From Basidiobolus meristosporus CBS 931.73 (Eukaryota; Fungi; Basidiobolomycota), in the NCBI GenBank assembly GCA_002104905.1, contig MCFE01000024.1, forward strand, positions 62,001 through 126,000: 64,000 nt of DNA, read 5' to 3'. Of the stretch, positions 12,120 through 24,741 are shown in pieces (within the stretch, counting starts at the first letter, position 1; the number at the start of each line of letters is the position of its first letter). Both the position numbers and the translations under genes were made by a program. The notes under the pieces were generated by a model. It did no database searches. It saw nothing but the letters and a program-made list of their open reading frames with translations, and was not told the DNA's origin.

Positions 12120-13562
12120 CATACCACATACTTACATGCACCCAGCTGAGGAAAGGCATCGGCTCAATATAGGGTGATATTGAGAGCTGGGCAGTAAGGT
12201 GGGATTCCACGGGGCTATTCACTCATTATGTTCAGATTCATAGATTTCTATTTGCAAATCTAATGGCAATGGCAATGATTACAGTACACGCTACTTGCGT
12301 GTGGTATGCTTTAGTTTGATGCATAGGGGAGTACTCAGATAACTGCACTGAAACCATACTACATTTTCATCTGATAAATTCACTCTTTTGTGATGATCAC
12401 TATTCTCCATGTTATTGCATTGTCTGAATATGAATATACACAATACCCTTTTCTCAGTACACATTTTGTGATTGTGATAACTGCTCATCTAAGCACCTAA
12501 TTATTCATATTGTCCCTGGGTCAATAAGTTGGGACTAAATTTGTGCTTGTTATCAATCATTGTGATATAATCGCAAGATTCAAGGTGCCCCAAACCTTGC
12601 ACATAGATACTTATTGTTGATTTGAGAATACAAAGCGTACGAGTACTTTTATCCGAATATCCAACAAGTGGCAACACACTTACGTCAATTATTCTCAATT
12701 CACCCTCAAGTCCCAATCAACAACGGGGCGTTTCCACCTGTTGGATTACCGAGCAAAGCCAAGAATTTACACTCTCGTAAAACATCATAAAAATAACTGC
12801 AAGAATGGTTAGGGAGGTTATATGGAGGGATGGATACAATTCCTGACCTATTCCTTTTTCACAATTCCAAAGAATTGATGGAGATCTTTGGGAGTGTCTT
12901 CACAATCACAAAATTTTGAAATTAATTGGAGGGGGGGGTTTCTTATCAATATCAAGTATGAAATCATAATATATGAATAATTAGGGTGCAATTCGAGTGT
13001 ATTCATCCATAGAGAAAATCCAATTTTACTACTTATGAGGGAGATGTAGCTTTTGTCGTATAATATGCCAGATTCCAGGATTTAGAGTTGTGGCTGTAAC
13101 CCAAGTCCATATCAAGTCTGATGTCTATGATTCCGGTTTAAATCTCCATATATAGCCTATAGCTCTGGTAGATCATTCACAACCAGCTCACAACAAGAAG
13201 TGGTGTGCTTTTGTCATATCCAGATGCGAAATCATAGGGAATATGTGACGACTAACCTTCAATGGATTATGCTACTGCATCCTGTAGCATGGGTTCGAAA
13301 CTAACTATATTCCCACCATAGAAGTACGTAGATCGGCATTGCTAAAGAGTCCAATGGATGAGAGCATACTTGTCCAGGTTAGCGATTGGTATTCTCCCAG
13401 GCGCATTGTTGTACCGTAGAATGTTAGAAATGTTCAGTATCACCATGCAGGAAACAAAAAACGGTAACCGTAAGATGAGATAATTCTCATACAAAATGAA
13501 CCAACCTCAACCAGTCACTATATATATTCAGTGGTGCCTTTGAGAGGCTCAGCAATCTCAAC

Positions 13563-14993
13563 ATGCAATTGAAAATAAGCCTTACCCTCATCGCCTTGGC
13601 ATTGTCCGCATTGGTGGATGCTAAGCAGGAATCCGAATGGCTACAGCGTAAAATCACCACTGAGGGCCTTCTACGCCACACCAAGAATTTCGAACGCTTT
13701 TCCAAAGCCTATAAGGGCACCAGAGTTTTCTCCACCCCTGGCCATAAGCTAACCTTGAGTTATCTCGAGAGAAACCTCAAGCGTGCTGGTTTCAATGTTT
13801 ACCGCCATCCATTCGTAGAGACCTACTCCGAGACCATATTTTCCAAAGCATCCGCCAGTGCTAAGGGTGCCGATGTGGCTTTTCCTGTCTTTGGTTTGGC
13901 CTATACTAAATCAACCCCGAAGAGGGGCTTGAAGGCTGAGGTGGTGCACATCCCTAACAAAGTAGGCACCAATATTTCCTTTGGTTGTGAGGCCGGCGAC
14001 TTTGAAGGGGTTGATGTCAAAGGAAAGATAGCTCTAATTAAACGTGGGGAGTGTACGCCCAACTTGAAGTCTATCAATGCAGCCAAGGCAGGAGCGGTAG
14101 CAGCACTAGTTTATAACGATGCTGATCAAGAGTACCGCGGCCGCCTCGGTCTTACTGAGACATCCACACTGGTGACTGGCGGAATCAGCAAGTCTTCAGG
14201 AGAGAAGCTGGTTGAATTATTGAAGCAAGGGCCAGTCAAATTGGATCTTACCATCATCGAGAAAGTGGAGAACCGCACCACTCACAATATCATTGCAGAA
14301 ACCAGGGGCGGTGATCCGAATCACGTCGTTTTCCTTGGCGCACACAGTGACTCCGTGTGGGCCGGTCCGGGAATTAATGATAATGGATCAGGGTCGGCCG
14401 CGTTACTGGAAGTGGCCTTGAACTTCGGTCGCAATTTCAAGCCCAAGAACAAACTGAGATTCGGCTGGTTCTCGGCCGAAGAGTACGGCCTGCTCGGCTC
14501 AAAGGCGTATGTCAACTCGCTTAGTGAACAGGAACGTAAAAAGATCACCCTAATGCTAAACTTTGACATGATCGCCAGTCCCAACTACATCCTTCGCATT
14601 TACAATCAGAATGCCGACGGAGGGCCAAGTCCACCAGGTACCGAAGTGATCACCAAGGACTTCGAAGTCGACTTCAAATCCAAGAATATCCCCTATCTAA
14701 GCGTTCCTTTCGCATATTCTGGCTCGGACATCGGGCCGTTTGCTGCCGCTGGCATCCCGGCTGGTGGATTAAGCACAGGAGCTGGCGGAATCAAGTCTGA
14801 AGCAGAGCAAAAGATTTTTGGTGGAGTAGCTGGCAAGCAATGGGACTGGTGCTACCATCTTGAGTGTGATACCAACAAGAACCTGAATACCAAGGCCTTC
14901 TTGATCAACGCTAAAAGTATTGCTGATGCAGCTTACAGATATTCGCAAAACGTCACTGAGGTGGTCAAGGCTAGCGGACGTTCGGCAGAATAG
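13563..14993 (+). CDS. Secreted aminopeptidase Y-like protein (PA domain + peptidase M28), intronless, 476 aa
   Basis: Signal peptide; PA motif VKGKIALIKRGEC; zinc ligands in GAHSDSV, GINDNGSG, FSAEEYGLLGS, LNFDMIAS and YHLECD. Confidence 0.93.
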   Translation: MQLKISLTLIALALSALVDAKQESEWLQRKITTEGLLRHTKNFERFSKAYKGTRVFSTPGHKLTLSYLERNLKRAGFNVYRHPFVETYSETIFSKASASAKGADVAFPVFGLAYTKSTPKRGLKAEVVHIPNKVGTNISFGCEAGDFEGVDVKGKIALIKRGECTPNLKSINAAKAGAVAALVYNDADQEYRGRLGLTETSTLVTGGISKSSGEKLVELLKQGPVKLDLTIIEKVENRTTHNIIAETRGGDPNHVVFLGAHSDSVWAGPGINDNGSGSAALLEVALNFGRNFKPKNKLRFGWFSAEEYGLLGSKAYVNSLSEQERKKITLMLNFDMIASPNYILRIYNQNADGGPSPPGTEVITKDFEVDFKSKNIPYLSVPFAYSGSDIGPFAAAGIPAGGLSTGAGGIKSEAEQKIFGGVAGKQWDWCYHLECDTNKNLNTKAFLINAKSIADAAYRYSQNVTEVVKASGRSAE

Positions 14994-15623
14994 AGGACAT
15001 TATACGAATGCCACAGAACATCTATAATTCCATAGAGTAGGATAGATGCTAGTGGGAGAAATAAAATTTCTTAATTAATCTTAGTTCTGTGCAACCGTGT
15101 CTGTAACAGGGATTGGGATTGAAATGTCCTGGGTCATGCGTAGGTCACTGATTAGGCACTCTCAAAGTGCTACAGACACTTGACTGTGTGCAATGTCTAT
15201 GTCCAACGAGTGTAGCAGTCATTTGTTCTCCCCAGAATTACAATTGGAACGGGGCTCGTGTGTTACAGAGTTGGATTACGTCAATGTGGCGTTTGCTTCA
15301 AATTTACTGAGCGAATATCTCGAATGGATCTTCTATGTGCCAAGTGCTTGTCATTTATCACACACACCTTGTTCTTGTGGGTTAGATGGAGTTTTCCGGT
15401 GCAAATACTGTTTGTATGAACTTTCCAACGAAACCCATTCACACTTTTATATGATCTACTCCCTTTCAATTTCCCTTGGAACACACCCAGCTTGTCTATA
15501 GAGGACATCAAAGATTCTATATATGCGGCTAGTAGGCTACCTGGAGCAATGGTTCTGTAGTTTATCTATTTCTTAAGATGACTGAACTCCGCATAAACGT
15601 GGCAAGCGACAATTACATTTCAT

Positions 15624-17663
15624 CTATTTTTTCTTGTCGGTAGTGTTGCTGGCGGTTGAGTTGCTGGTGTTACTGGAGGTTGCCATTGCAGATGTTTTGA
15701 AGGAAATAATGTTGATCTTCTCAGTGATTATATCACTTTCACCCAACTGGATCAAAACGTTGTCAATTAGGGATTAATTTGTGTAGATAGCGCTATACTT
15801 GGCTAACTTACTCTAATATTCCCGACGGTTTCCGCATACAAGTAATGTTTGTCAATCTCAGGATGGACCTTTTTAGCAAATTCACGCACAGTTGTGCCGG
15901 GGCGAACCATAATGCAGTCTCGGAAAGCGCCACCCTGTTTACCCGGCCTAATGACTAACATCAGCCAAGGATCCACCCGATTCTAGAAGATCTCTACTTA
16001 CTGGCCGTTGGAGAAGTTCGATAGATTTCTCACGGGATAAACTGGAATCACTCCTAAGGTCTCAACCGCCCGAGTGATGACTTCCTCGACACCAGTGGAG
16101 CCATATCGGAACAGCACAAGATCTAAACAGCCCATGCTTAGTACCCTGCCGATTTACTCTACCTACATCCAAGTCGTACCTTGAATCTTTTCTAAACGGC
16201 TTGAGTGGAAATAAATGGATTAGTACCTGGCGTATGCCAATGCTCATGGGGTACATACCTCTGGATCTTCTCATCTAATGGCTTCAGTCCGGAATCAGGC
16301 TAACGCAAAATTTAGCGAGTTGTCAAGGGCTGAGTTGGTGACCAAAAGACATACGTCATCCTCCAGAGTAAGGTACTCATCGGTCCCTTCCTTGTATTTG
16401 ATATATCCCTGCTTGTCCATTTTACGGAGGAAGCATTCGGAAAGCGCGCTGGTGAGAACCAAACGGTCCTAGGACTGGAGGATCAGCAAATGCAACTGCT
16501 GGCTGTACTGATGGACTTACCTCATCGTATTTACGCATGATCTTGGCAATGTTTTTGTCCGAATCGGGAAGATCGATTTTGTTCAATGCAACAATAGTTG
16601 GGAAACGCACATCCAAGAAGGCGTCGACCACCTTGTGTAGTGTGTCCTCGTCCCAAGTCTCAAGCGGATCTTTCAACCCAGACTTGTCCATGAACTTCGC
16701 GACAATCGATTGGGTGGCACCGTAACCTTGGAGGGGGGGGTGAGAGACTGAGGAACGAAGAAATTGATGAGATTGATCCATACCACTGAACTGGTTATGA
16801 AGAGTTTCGACTACGCTAGATTCTGTATAGGATTTAGTGCACATTCAAATCGCTTGGCTTCCGTCGACCATAATAAATACATACTGGTAGCTGTGTGGCG
16901 GCGTACAATGCCAGACCATTTCTTGTTCAAATTGTTGAAAATCCACCTGTACAATAAATGATGAATTAGACCACTTATCCGTACTAAGCTATGGCTAAAG
17001 ATTAGCAACTGACTCATGAACCTCCCCATGTAGCCAATCGATGTCGTTAATGGGGTTGTATCCAGTAGTTTCTTTTCCGCCCTCATCGGTTGTTCCACTG
17101 ACATCAACTACATGAACTAATACATCAGCAGAACGAAGATCATCCAAGAATTGATTTCCAAGGCCCTGTAGAGAAATATTTAGAAATAATTCTCTCGGCA
17201 AGTACTCGCAAGGGTATCTCCTATTTACCTGCCCGTGTGAAGCACCAGGCACTAAACCGGCTACATCCATAATGCTAATAGGAACGTATCTGGTTCCATC
17301 GATGCATCGGCCTGGATAACAGTTATAAGAAGGTTGTTACACTACAGAAAGAATTGGGGAACGAAGATCCGTACCATAGCGCGGCTGACAAACACTTTGT
17401 TTTCCGTATTTGACGCAAGGACATTGGATTGGATAATAGGCAACACCATGATTGGGTCGGATGGTGGTGAAAGGATAATTTCCAACCTTAGCTACGGCAT
17501 CGGTTACTTCGTAGCAAAAAGAAGTTTAGTGAGACTGCTAACTCAAAAACAGCAATGTAAAGCCGAGGATGATTTCGATATAAAAGACTTTACCAGCATT
17601 CAGAAAAGAGGATTTCCCTGCTGAGGGTTTGCCAACACAAGCAAGTACAAAGTCCGAAGACAT
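15624..17663 (-). CDS. Obg-family GTPase, Ygr210 subfamily, multi-exon
   Basis: ATG at 17663. Spliced motifs [63 protein letters not shown] and TGS-like [14 protein letters not shown]. Stop at 15624. Confidence 0.9.
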
Positions 17664-18202
17664 GATAGTTATCTATATGCTAGTTACCAAACTAACAACT
17701 GTTCCGAAGTGTCCCAAGGAAACTCATAAAGCAACCTTCAGTATTGAAAAAAAAGTGATCTCAAAGTTAAGCAAAAAGATAGATATGCTATGCAAAGTGA
17801 GTTTGTTTCTTGCATAAGCTATTCCCCAATCCCCGGAAATCTAAGTTAGTTCCATCCCCAATATACCCACATCGTGACTATCATATGCTGTCCTATTGTC
17901 CCATGCTCACAGCACCAGGAATGAATGGTTCTGATCTGGTGGAGATAAGAAATATTAGCCAACATGGTGTGTCAATCTACATAATTGCTGTGCAACATTT
18001 CTGCTAATTTTAGTAATTTATTATATTTGCAATACTATCAAGGTGTACAGTCCCTTAATAGTTTCAATAGAAATATCTTTCTTTGCCTGGGTCATGGAGG
18101 CCTGGACGAGCATTAATTTGACTTTTTTACCCCAGACTGGGCTCAGCTTACTTATCCTCTTCCTCCACTTACTTCGTTTTTTCCCGCTTCTTTCGTTGGA
18201 GA

Positions 18203-19843
18203 ATGACTGGTTTAAGATTCAGTGAACCGGCACGCGATAATGAGCACGCCCCATTACTGCCCACGGCCAGTGAAGGCAGGCGGTATACCCCTTCAGATGA
18301 TGGTATCCCCAACATGGGAAAAATCACCCCTCTGAGACGTAACAAGACAGTTATCGAGAAGAGTATCCAAGCAAACAACCTCATTGATAAATTCACACAG
18401 GCCTCCAAGGAAGGAAAGAGCTCCACTGGTGGTGTCTTGTTCAACCTTTTGAAGTTGAACGCAAAAAGAAAGGCTGCTGCCAGGGCTAAGAAGGACAAAG
18501 CTACCTCCAGCCTTGAAGGCTTACTTGACAAGGTCGACGATATCTCCGCCTCGGATGATGACTCCATCACCGAGCGCCAGTTGGAAGAAAGGGCTGAAGC
18601 AACTGCTTATATCGCAGATATCCTGCTTAAACAAGACTATCTAATCCTTTTGTCCAAGGCTATGGTGGTCTTTGGGTCCCCCGCGCATCGTCTGGAGGAC
18701 AACATGACCCGAGCTTCTGCCGCATTGAATGTACAATCCTCTTTTGCTTTCTTACCTGGAGTGATCATGATCTCATACGGAGACGAGGACACTCACACAA
18801 GTGAGACCCATATCATCAAGGTGGATCGCGGCTATAACATGTACAAATTAGACCAAGTCAACACGATATCTAAGGATGTAATCTATGGCAAAATCAAGGT
18901 CGAGGACGCCTATGAATCCTTGGAGAAGGTTATGGACTCCAAAGAGCTGTTCCCTTGGTGGTGCGATGTGATGGTGTTCGGAGTCTCCTCCTTCCTTATC
19001 GCCCCACTAGCGTTTCAAGGTGGATGGAGCGAAGCTGTTGCTAGTGGAATCCTCGGCACAATAGTCGGAATCCTCAACCGGTGCTCACAAAAACTCTTCA
19101 ATTACGCCAATGTGTTCGAGATCTCTGCCGCAGTGTTGACCTCAATGGTTGCGACTCATCTTCGCTATGATATCTGCTACCAGTCAGTTATCATGTCTTC
19201 TGTTTCAATGTTGCTACCAGGGTTGGGCCTCACAACCTCTGTAATGGAGCTGGCCTCCCGCAATTTGATTTCTGGAGTGGTGCGCCTGGTTTACGCTCTG
19301 GTGATGGCCTTCATGTTAGGTTTTGGACTGTCATTCGGGTCGCAAATGCTGATGTTTGCCGACAGCGATAAGGACGATATCAAGCCTAAGGAATGTCACG
19401 GAATTCCTGAATACTGGACCTTCATCCTGTTGCCAGTGATCTCAATTTTCTACTGCATCAATCTCCAAGCACACCCACGCCAATGGCCAATGATGGTGAT
19501 TTTATCCTGCACCGGGTTTGCCATCTCCCAATACTCGTCGCAATTCCTAAATGCCACCACCTCTGCTGCCTTCTCTTCCTTCTGTCTTGGTCTCTTTGGT
19601 AACCTTTACTCCCGCATTACCCATGCTCCAGGGTTCGCCGCCACCTTATGCGGAATCATGCTGCTCGTTCCAGGGGGTTTGGGGGTCCGTGCGGTTTACG
19701 AAGCCTTTGGGGAGGAAGGAAATGGAACCGCCCTTGCCTTTGAGATGATTGTGATTGCCTTGAGTATATCTGTTGGTCTGTTCGTCAGCACCTTGCTGGT
19801 TTATCCAACCGGCAAGAAGAGAACAGCACTACTCACATTCTAA
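18203..19843 (+). CDS. PRM10: Prm10-like / ThrE (DUF1212) threonine-serine exporter family membrane protein, paralog A, intronless
   Basis: 546-aa ORF with FGSPAHRLE, FLPG, LLPGLGLTTSVMELASRNLISGVVRL and LLVPG; about 10 TM segments. Confidence 0.88.
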   Translation: MTGLRFSEPARDNEHAPLLPTASEGRRYTPSDDGIPNMGKITPLRRNKTVIEKSIQANNLIDKFTQASKEGKSSTGGVLFNLLKLNAKRKAAARAKKDKATSSLEGLLDKVDDISASDDDSITERQLEERAEATAYIADILLKQDYLILLSKAMVVFGSPAHRLEDNMTRASAALNVQSSFAFLPGVIMISYGDEDTHTSETHIIKVDRGYNMYKLDQVNTISKDVIYGKIKVEDAYESLEKVMDSKELFPWWCDVMVFGVSSFLIAPLAFQGGWSEAVASGILGTIVGILNRCSQKLFNYANVFEISAAVLTSMVATHLRYDICYQSVIMSSVSMLLPGLGLTTSVMELASRNLISGVVRLVYALVMAFMLGFGLSFGSQMLMFADSDKDDIKPKECHGIPEYWTFILLPVISIFYCINLQAHPRQWPMMVILSCTGFAISQYSSQFLNATTSAAFSSFCLGLFGNLYSRITHAPGFAATLCGIMLLVPGGLGVRAVYEAFGEEGNGTALAFEMIVIALSISVGLFVSTLLVYPTGKKRTALLTF

Positions 19844-20229
19844 GTACTTTCCCCTGATACCAGCTATGCATATATAATCACCATATCTATAGGTTTGACG
19901 TATCAATCTCTGTTTAGGAACATCTAAATAAACCGACATCGTCCAATGCATGTACTGCTCTATATACAATCTGCCTAGAGGATGGCATATGTTTTAGAGA
20001 TATGGCGATAGAATGGATTTTTTTTTGCACTGGCCAGTTTTTCGAACTTTGACAAAATACCCTACTGGAAACGTAATTTCTTGGTTTCTTGAAGCAAGGT
20101 TTTAGAATGAATTTTGTCTTTGGGTGGATATGATGGCACTAGCTAACTACAGGATCACCGAAACCTAAACCCCTAATGATAATTCTGATTTTTTTACGGG
20201 TTTTTGGCATTCCAACTACATCTGTCATG

Positions 20230-20470
20230 ACGCTGTTCCAATTTGAATTAATAGAGTCCTTAGCTATTTCTTTCAATCAGTGAAGACCTTGAAGTTATCG
20301 AAATTTTCAAACTCGCCCAAAAGACCCCCAAAATTTGTACACCACTTTCTGGGACACTTCTCGAAACATTCTTATCATTAGTTTTACTAAGTTCTCCAAA
20401 GAACAAATACTTTATTTGGACTCGATAAAACAACCAGTGAATATCATGCAATTCTTCTAGTTCCCCAAGT
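20230..20470 (+). repeat. Ancient relic resembling the copia LTR family found at 37-61 kb
   Basis: CCCAAAAGACCCCCAAAATTTGTACACCACTTTCTGGGACACTTC aligns loosely by eye with LTR TCCAAACAGCCCCAAACTTTGCACACATGTTCTTGGGACCTTC. Confidence 0.3.
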
Positions 20471-21898
20471 CATTTCCAATACCCCTCAGGATCCTGCAAC
20501 ACCAAAAGCCCCTAAATTTTGGATACGGTTTCTGAAAACTTCGTTAAACAATGTTATCATGAGGTTTGTCAAATACGCCTAAAAAATACGTTATTTGAAC
20601 TCAATAACCGGCAGGTAAAGTATTCTACTGCTCAGAGTCACAATACTCCCCAAAGATCTGTAACAACATCCGCATATGTAAATGGCCTACAGCAAAGATG
20701 AACGATCCTTTTAGTGCCAAATGCTTGAAATACTGAGAACAGAATATCCTATGAAAATTAACAGAGATCCAACTTTGATTAAACTCGTAGCTTTTCAAAA
20801 ATGATGATTAAGACTTCCATTTAAGCGTAAGAACACATGCAATATATAAACCCATGTATACAACATTCTTGCTACTGCTGCTACTAGCTTTCAGAGAAGT
20901 CATGAGTGATACAAAATTTATGGGAGTATCTGGGGTGGAAAGTCAGCACAAGACCATATTGAAAAGGTGTGAGCACAGTGAAAAAAATCCAGTCTTGGAA
21001 TTTATGATAGGGATATAATAATGACCACATGATAAAATTGAATAAATTTATGCAATATATGCCAATTAGTCTCCAGGACAGTATATTGTGGAATGTTTGA
21101 AGACTGGGAGCAAGGGGTAGGCGTTTGTACGACCTGTCAGGATTTCCGCGACCCCTTCCAAGAAAAGTCTCCATTTCTTGGATATTTGGTGAACAAAAGG
21201 ATGATTTGCGAGTTCACGGGATAACCTGTTCGGAGTTGGAACTAGGATACTAGTGACAACCGGTTTAGTGAGAAAAGGGGAGATTGAAGTTTGGTATATA
21301 GAACCGAATGGTATCCAGTTTAGCATATCAGGCTATGCAGTTTCAGGCGGGTGTACACCAACTGGTTCAGTACTTCATTGAACAAACCCGAGATCTCACG
21401 GTCAGTAATTAAGCGATAATATCGGCCAGGCTCTAGAGAGGTATCCAATATTCATGCATGAGGTGCTGGGTGCCAAGTACTAGGTATGGCCTATACGTCT
21501 CCCGCGTGAACTGGAGGCTTTTTACTGCGGATCACTCGTATCATTACAGGATATCGGAGAAACCCGAGTCAGTGATTGAGGAAATGTTTCATACCACGCA
21601 ATCCTCTAGTGCAACCAAGTAACCATCCAAGATCTCATCAACCTTTCCAAATCCGGGATACCGATCAAATCTGGCAATAGAGGAGTGATGATCCGATATT
21701 TCAAGGGGATTTCCATTTATGGCAAGATAAAATCACAGCTTTACTCAACTGAATCGCAGATTCTTTGAATATATATAGATACACAGCGTGTTACATGTTA
21801 GCGTGTTATATGATACATGACTAATCCACTGTCACAAATAGCGATGTCCACGAGTGGGAATAGGGTGTCGAAATCTATTTACCGGTGTTGCGAAGTTA

Positions 21899-23626
21899 CT
21901 AGAACATCATCATCGCGGTTCTTCTCTTTCCAAACGGATAAACCAATAGACTAGCTACGAAGAGTCCGACGGCGATACTCATGGCTACCACGATCATCTG
22001 GAAAGCGAGGGTAGCTCCTCCACTATCGCTGACTCCTGCACTAGTGTTATCGCCACCATTGCTGAAGAGGGCAAGGAATCCCTTCACACCCATGCTACCA
22101 GGCACCAACAACATCGTGGCGCTAAGCACAGCAGCGAACCCAAACCTATGTGTGATACGGGTATAAACGTTGCCAACGAATGCGATAACAAAGGCCGAAA
22201 TAGCCGCGCTAACCTCAACCCCAAGGTGGCTTGATGTGAAGTAGCTCACAACGAACCCGATGATACATAGGGCAAGGATGGGAGGCCATTGGCGCCATGA
22301 GGCGTTCAGGTAGATGCAATAGTTTATAGCGAGAAGGGGTAAGAGCAAGAAATCCCACCAAGGATTGATCTGATGGTCGACTGGGGGCGTGATGTGGTTG
22401 TCCCATGCTTTCCAAATGGTGGACCCAATGTTCAAGCCAAAGCCAAGCATAAACGCGCTCGCCAGAGCAAACACCAGCCTCACCACCCCGGAGATCAGAT
22501 TTTTGGAACCAAGCTCAATCACCGAGGTGGTTAGCGACAAACCAGGCAAGAGTAAGGTCACGCCCGAGAGCATGACCGAGTTGAAGTTGGCTTTACTATG
22601 GAGAGCGGTGGCCACGAAGGAGCAGATGATGGACGCGGTTATCTCAAAGACGTTCGAATAGTTGAATATCTTCGTCGAAAGCAGATTTAGACTGCCAACT
22701 ACGAGACCAAGAGCTCCACTAATTAACGCATCAATCCAGTTCCCATTGAAGGCTAGTGGGCAGATGAGAAACGAGCACATGGCAAAGTTGAGGATCTGAA
22801 CCCACCAAGCATAGGTTGGTGGCTCCTCCATCATCTCTTCTAGTAGCTCATAGGCAACTTCCACATGCATCTCGCCGTAGATCACCTGACGAGAGATCTC
22901 GTACGTGCGTTCTAGTTTGTCCATGTTGTAACCTCGATCGATTTTAAGAATGTGAGTGTCACTTGTATGGGTATCTGCATCGCCAAAAGAGATGAAAGCA
23001 ACACCGGGGAGAAACGCAAAGGATGTATCAATGTCCAGAGCATTGGAAGCAAGCGACATGTTGTATTCTAATCGATGTGCTGGCGAGCCGAAAGTCACCA
23101 TGGCTTTGGAGAGGACCTGGAGATAATCTTGCTTCAATAACAGGTCAGCTATGTTTGCAGTGATCAACATTTGCTCCTCCAGAGCATAGGCAGAGAGCCC
23201 ATCATCAGCAAAACTGCTCCTATTTGAAGAAGGCAAGCTGTGATTGCTTTTAAGAAACTCCCTTGGGTTAGGTGTGGACTGGCCAGATCTGCTATGATTG
23301 CCACCTTTGATCATGCTAAGCTTTAGTAATTGAGATAAGATGCCACCGCCCGCGGACTCCGCGTCAAAACGGTTCTTGTTGGCGGTGAATTTGGCCACCA
23401 TTTCTTTGGCCTCGATATTTTTCTGGATCACTGTCTTGTTGCGTTGCAAGGGCTTGACATCCTTCTGATCGGGGATGTCAACTGAAAGCGTGGAGGCGGA
23501 GTCTTTTTCGTTGAACTCCTCCACCTGGGTTTCTGCCGAAGAGTCGGTATCATCGTCAGCTACGGCAAACATGATTCTTTTGGGCTCAGAGTTGGGCATT
23601 GTGAGGGGGGATGTAAATGAAAGCAA
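21899..23626 (-). CDS. PRM10: Prm10-like / ThrE family membrane protein, paralog B, intronless
   Basis: 575-aa ORF with the same motifs as paralog A (FGSPAHRLE, ELGSKNLISGVVRL, LLVPG); convergent with it. Confidence 0.88.
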   Translation of the reverse strand: MLSFTSPLTMPNSEPKRIMFAVADDDTDSSAETQVEEFNEKDSASTLSVDIPDQKDVKPLQRNKTVIQKNIEAKEMVAKFTANKNRFDAESAGGGILSQLLKLSMIKGGNHSRSGQSTPNPREFLKSNHSLPSSNRSSFADDGLSAYALEEQMLITANIADLLLKQDYLQVLSKAMVTFGSPAHRLEYNMSLASNALDIDTSFAFLPGVAFISFGDADTHTSDTHILKIDRGYNMDKLERTYEISRQVIYGEMHVEVAYELLEEMMEEPPTYAWWVQILNFAMCSFLICPLAFNGNWIDALISGALGLVVGSLNLLSTKIFNYSNVFEITASIICSFVATALHSKANFNSVMLSGVTLLLPGLSLTTSVIELGSKNLISGVVRLVFALASAFMLGFGLNIGSTIWKAWDNHITPPVDHQINPWWDFLLLPLLAINYCIYLNASWRQWPPILALCIIGFVVSYFTSSHLGVEVSAAISAFVIAFVGNVYTRITHRFGFAAVLSATMLLVPGSMGVKGFLALFSNGGDNTSAGVSDSGGATLAFQMIVVAMSIAVGLFVASLLVYPFGKRRTAMMMF

Positions 23627-24741
23627 GTACGAATGAAGATATGACCAGCAAGAGGATTGCGCTGCAATGGACCTAAGGCTGTAGACAGCGGCCTACTGGT
23701 TTTTATTCTCGCACCAGCATTTCCCTTGTTTCCTTTTTCAATGATCGGTGATGGAATGAGAATTATTACCCACCGTATGAGTGATTGATAAGAGTGAGGT
23801 TGAGTTATTTTTATTTCGTCCTACTATTCATATACATGTCAAACTTAAGGTGCCCCCATATATGGCATCTAGCATTATGGGGGCTGTTCAACCACTATCC
23901 TTTCAAATGAATGTTAATATCGATGTTTCGTGCTGCAAAATCATTTTAATATCCGGTCCTCGTTCACATCAATCATCATATATTCATATCACACATCCAT
24001 TGTAACATCCAGCAGTACTGATCGATCAGGTCCTTGACCTTGAGTCCACAGCACGAACTAGAGCCATTAGGTGATACAACATTGGTGCTATTCTTCTTAC
24101 GGCGGTCACCCATCTGTTTGTAGCGACATAGGAGGATAGAGCATCTCAAAAACCCAATGTACCCAGGCCTGTACCCGGTCTGCAGGTGGAGAAATTTAAC
24201 CCAAAAGAGCGAATCTCAGGGGAGCCAGATTGGCTCGTTTGTATGCAGAGAAGCCTTAGATATTCTGTTGATGGCCTGATTTGATATGGCTCCATTGACC
24301 TTAATCTCAACCACATTCCTTATTGGTGGTGGCTGATTAAGCGTACATGAGTTAGTCAGTGCTGGAATCGGGTTAATTTAATCCACTTTCTGTCCACATG
24401 GATGGGCCCGAGAATCCGGTTCCCCTAGCCCTTAAGCTGCTGTGCTCGTTAAAAGTGCCGAGTTGGGAAGAATCCCCAACTTCATGGCGAACCCACGCTA
24501 AAATACCCCAAGTATAGCGCTTGGGAAAAGTTATATTTTTAGACCTGATTGATCCACGAGATGTATTCCACCTTGGGTGAGCAACAGAAGATAATGAAGA
24601 GCTAGTCTCCCTATCTGTTAGGTTTTTATTTGCTTAGTCGATATGAAACCCTGGGGAATGAGTACAGATCAATGCTATGTACAAATGGATCCTATAGTGT
24701 AGCAAAAATGCTAATTCCATCCCCATTATTAACAATGACAT

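Noticed and set aside
12300-13450. Possible retroelement protease relic
   Set aside because: No catalytic D[ST]G motif or LTR found.
15193-15501. 102-aa Cys-rich ORF (CSC..RCKYC), possible CxC/KDZ-associated domain
   Set aside because: The motif is incomplete, there is no adjacent transposase, and it may be a chance ORF between convergent genes.
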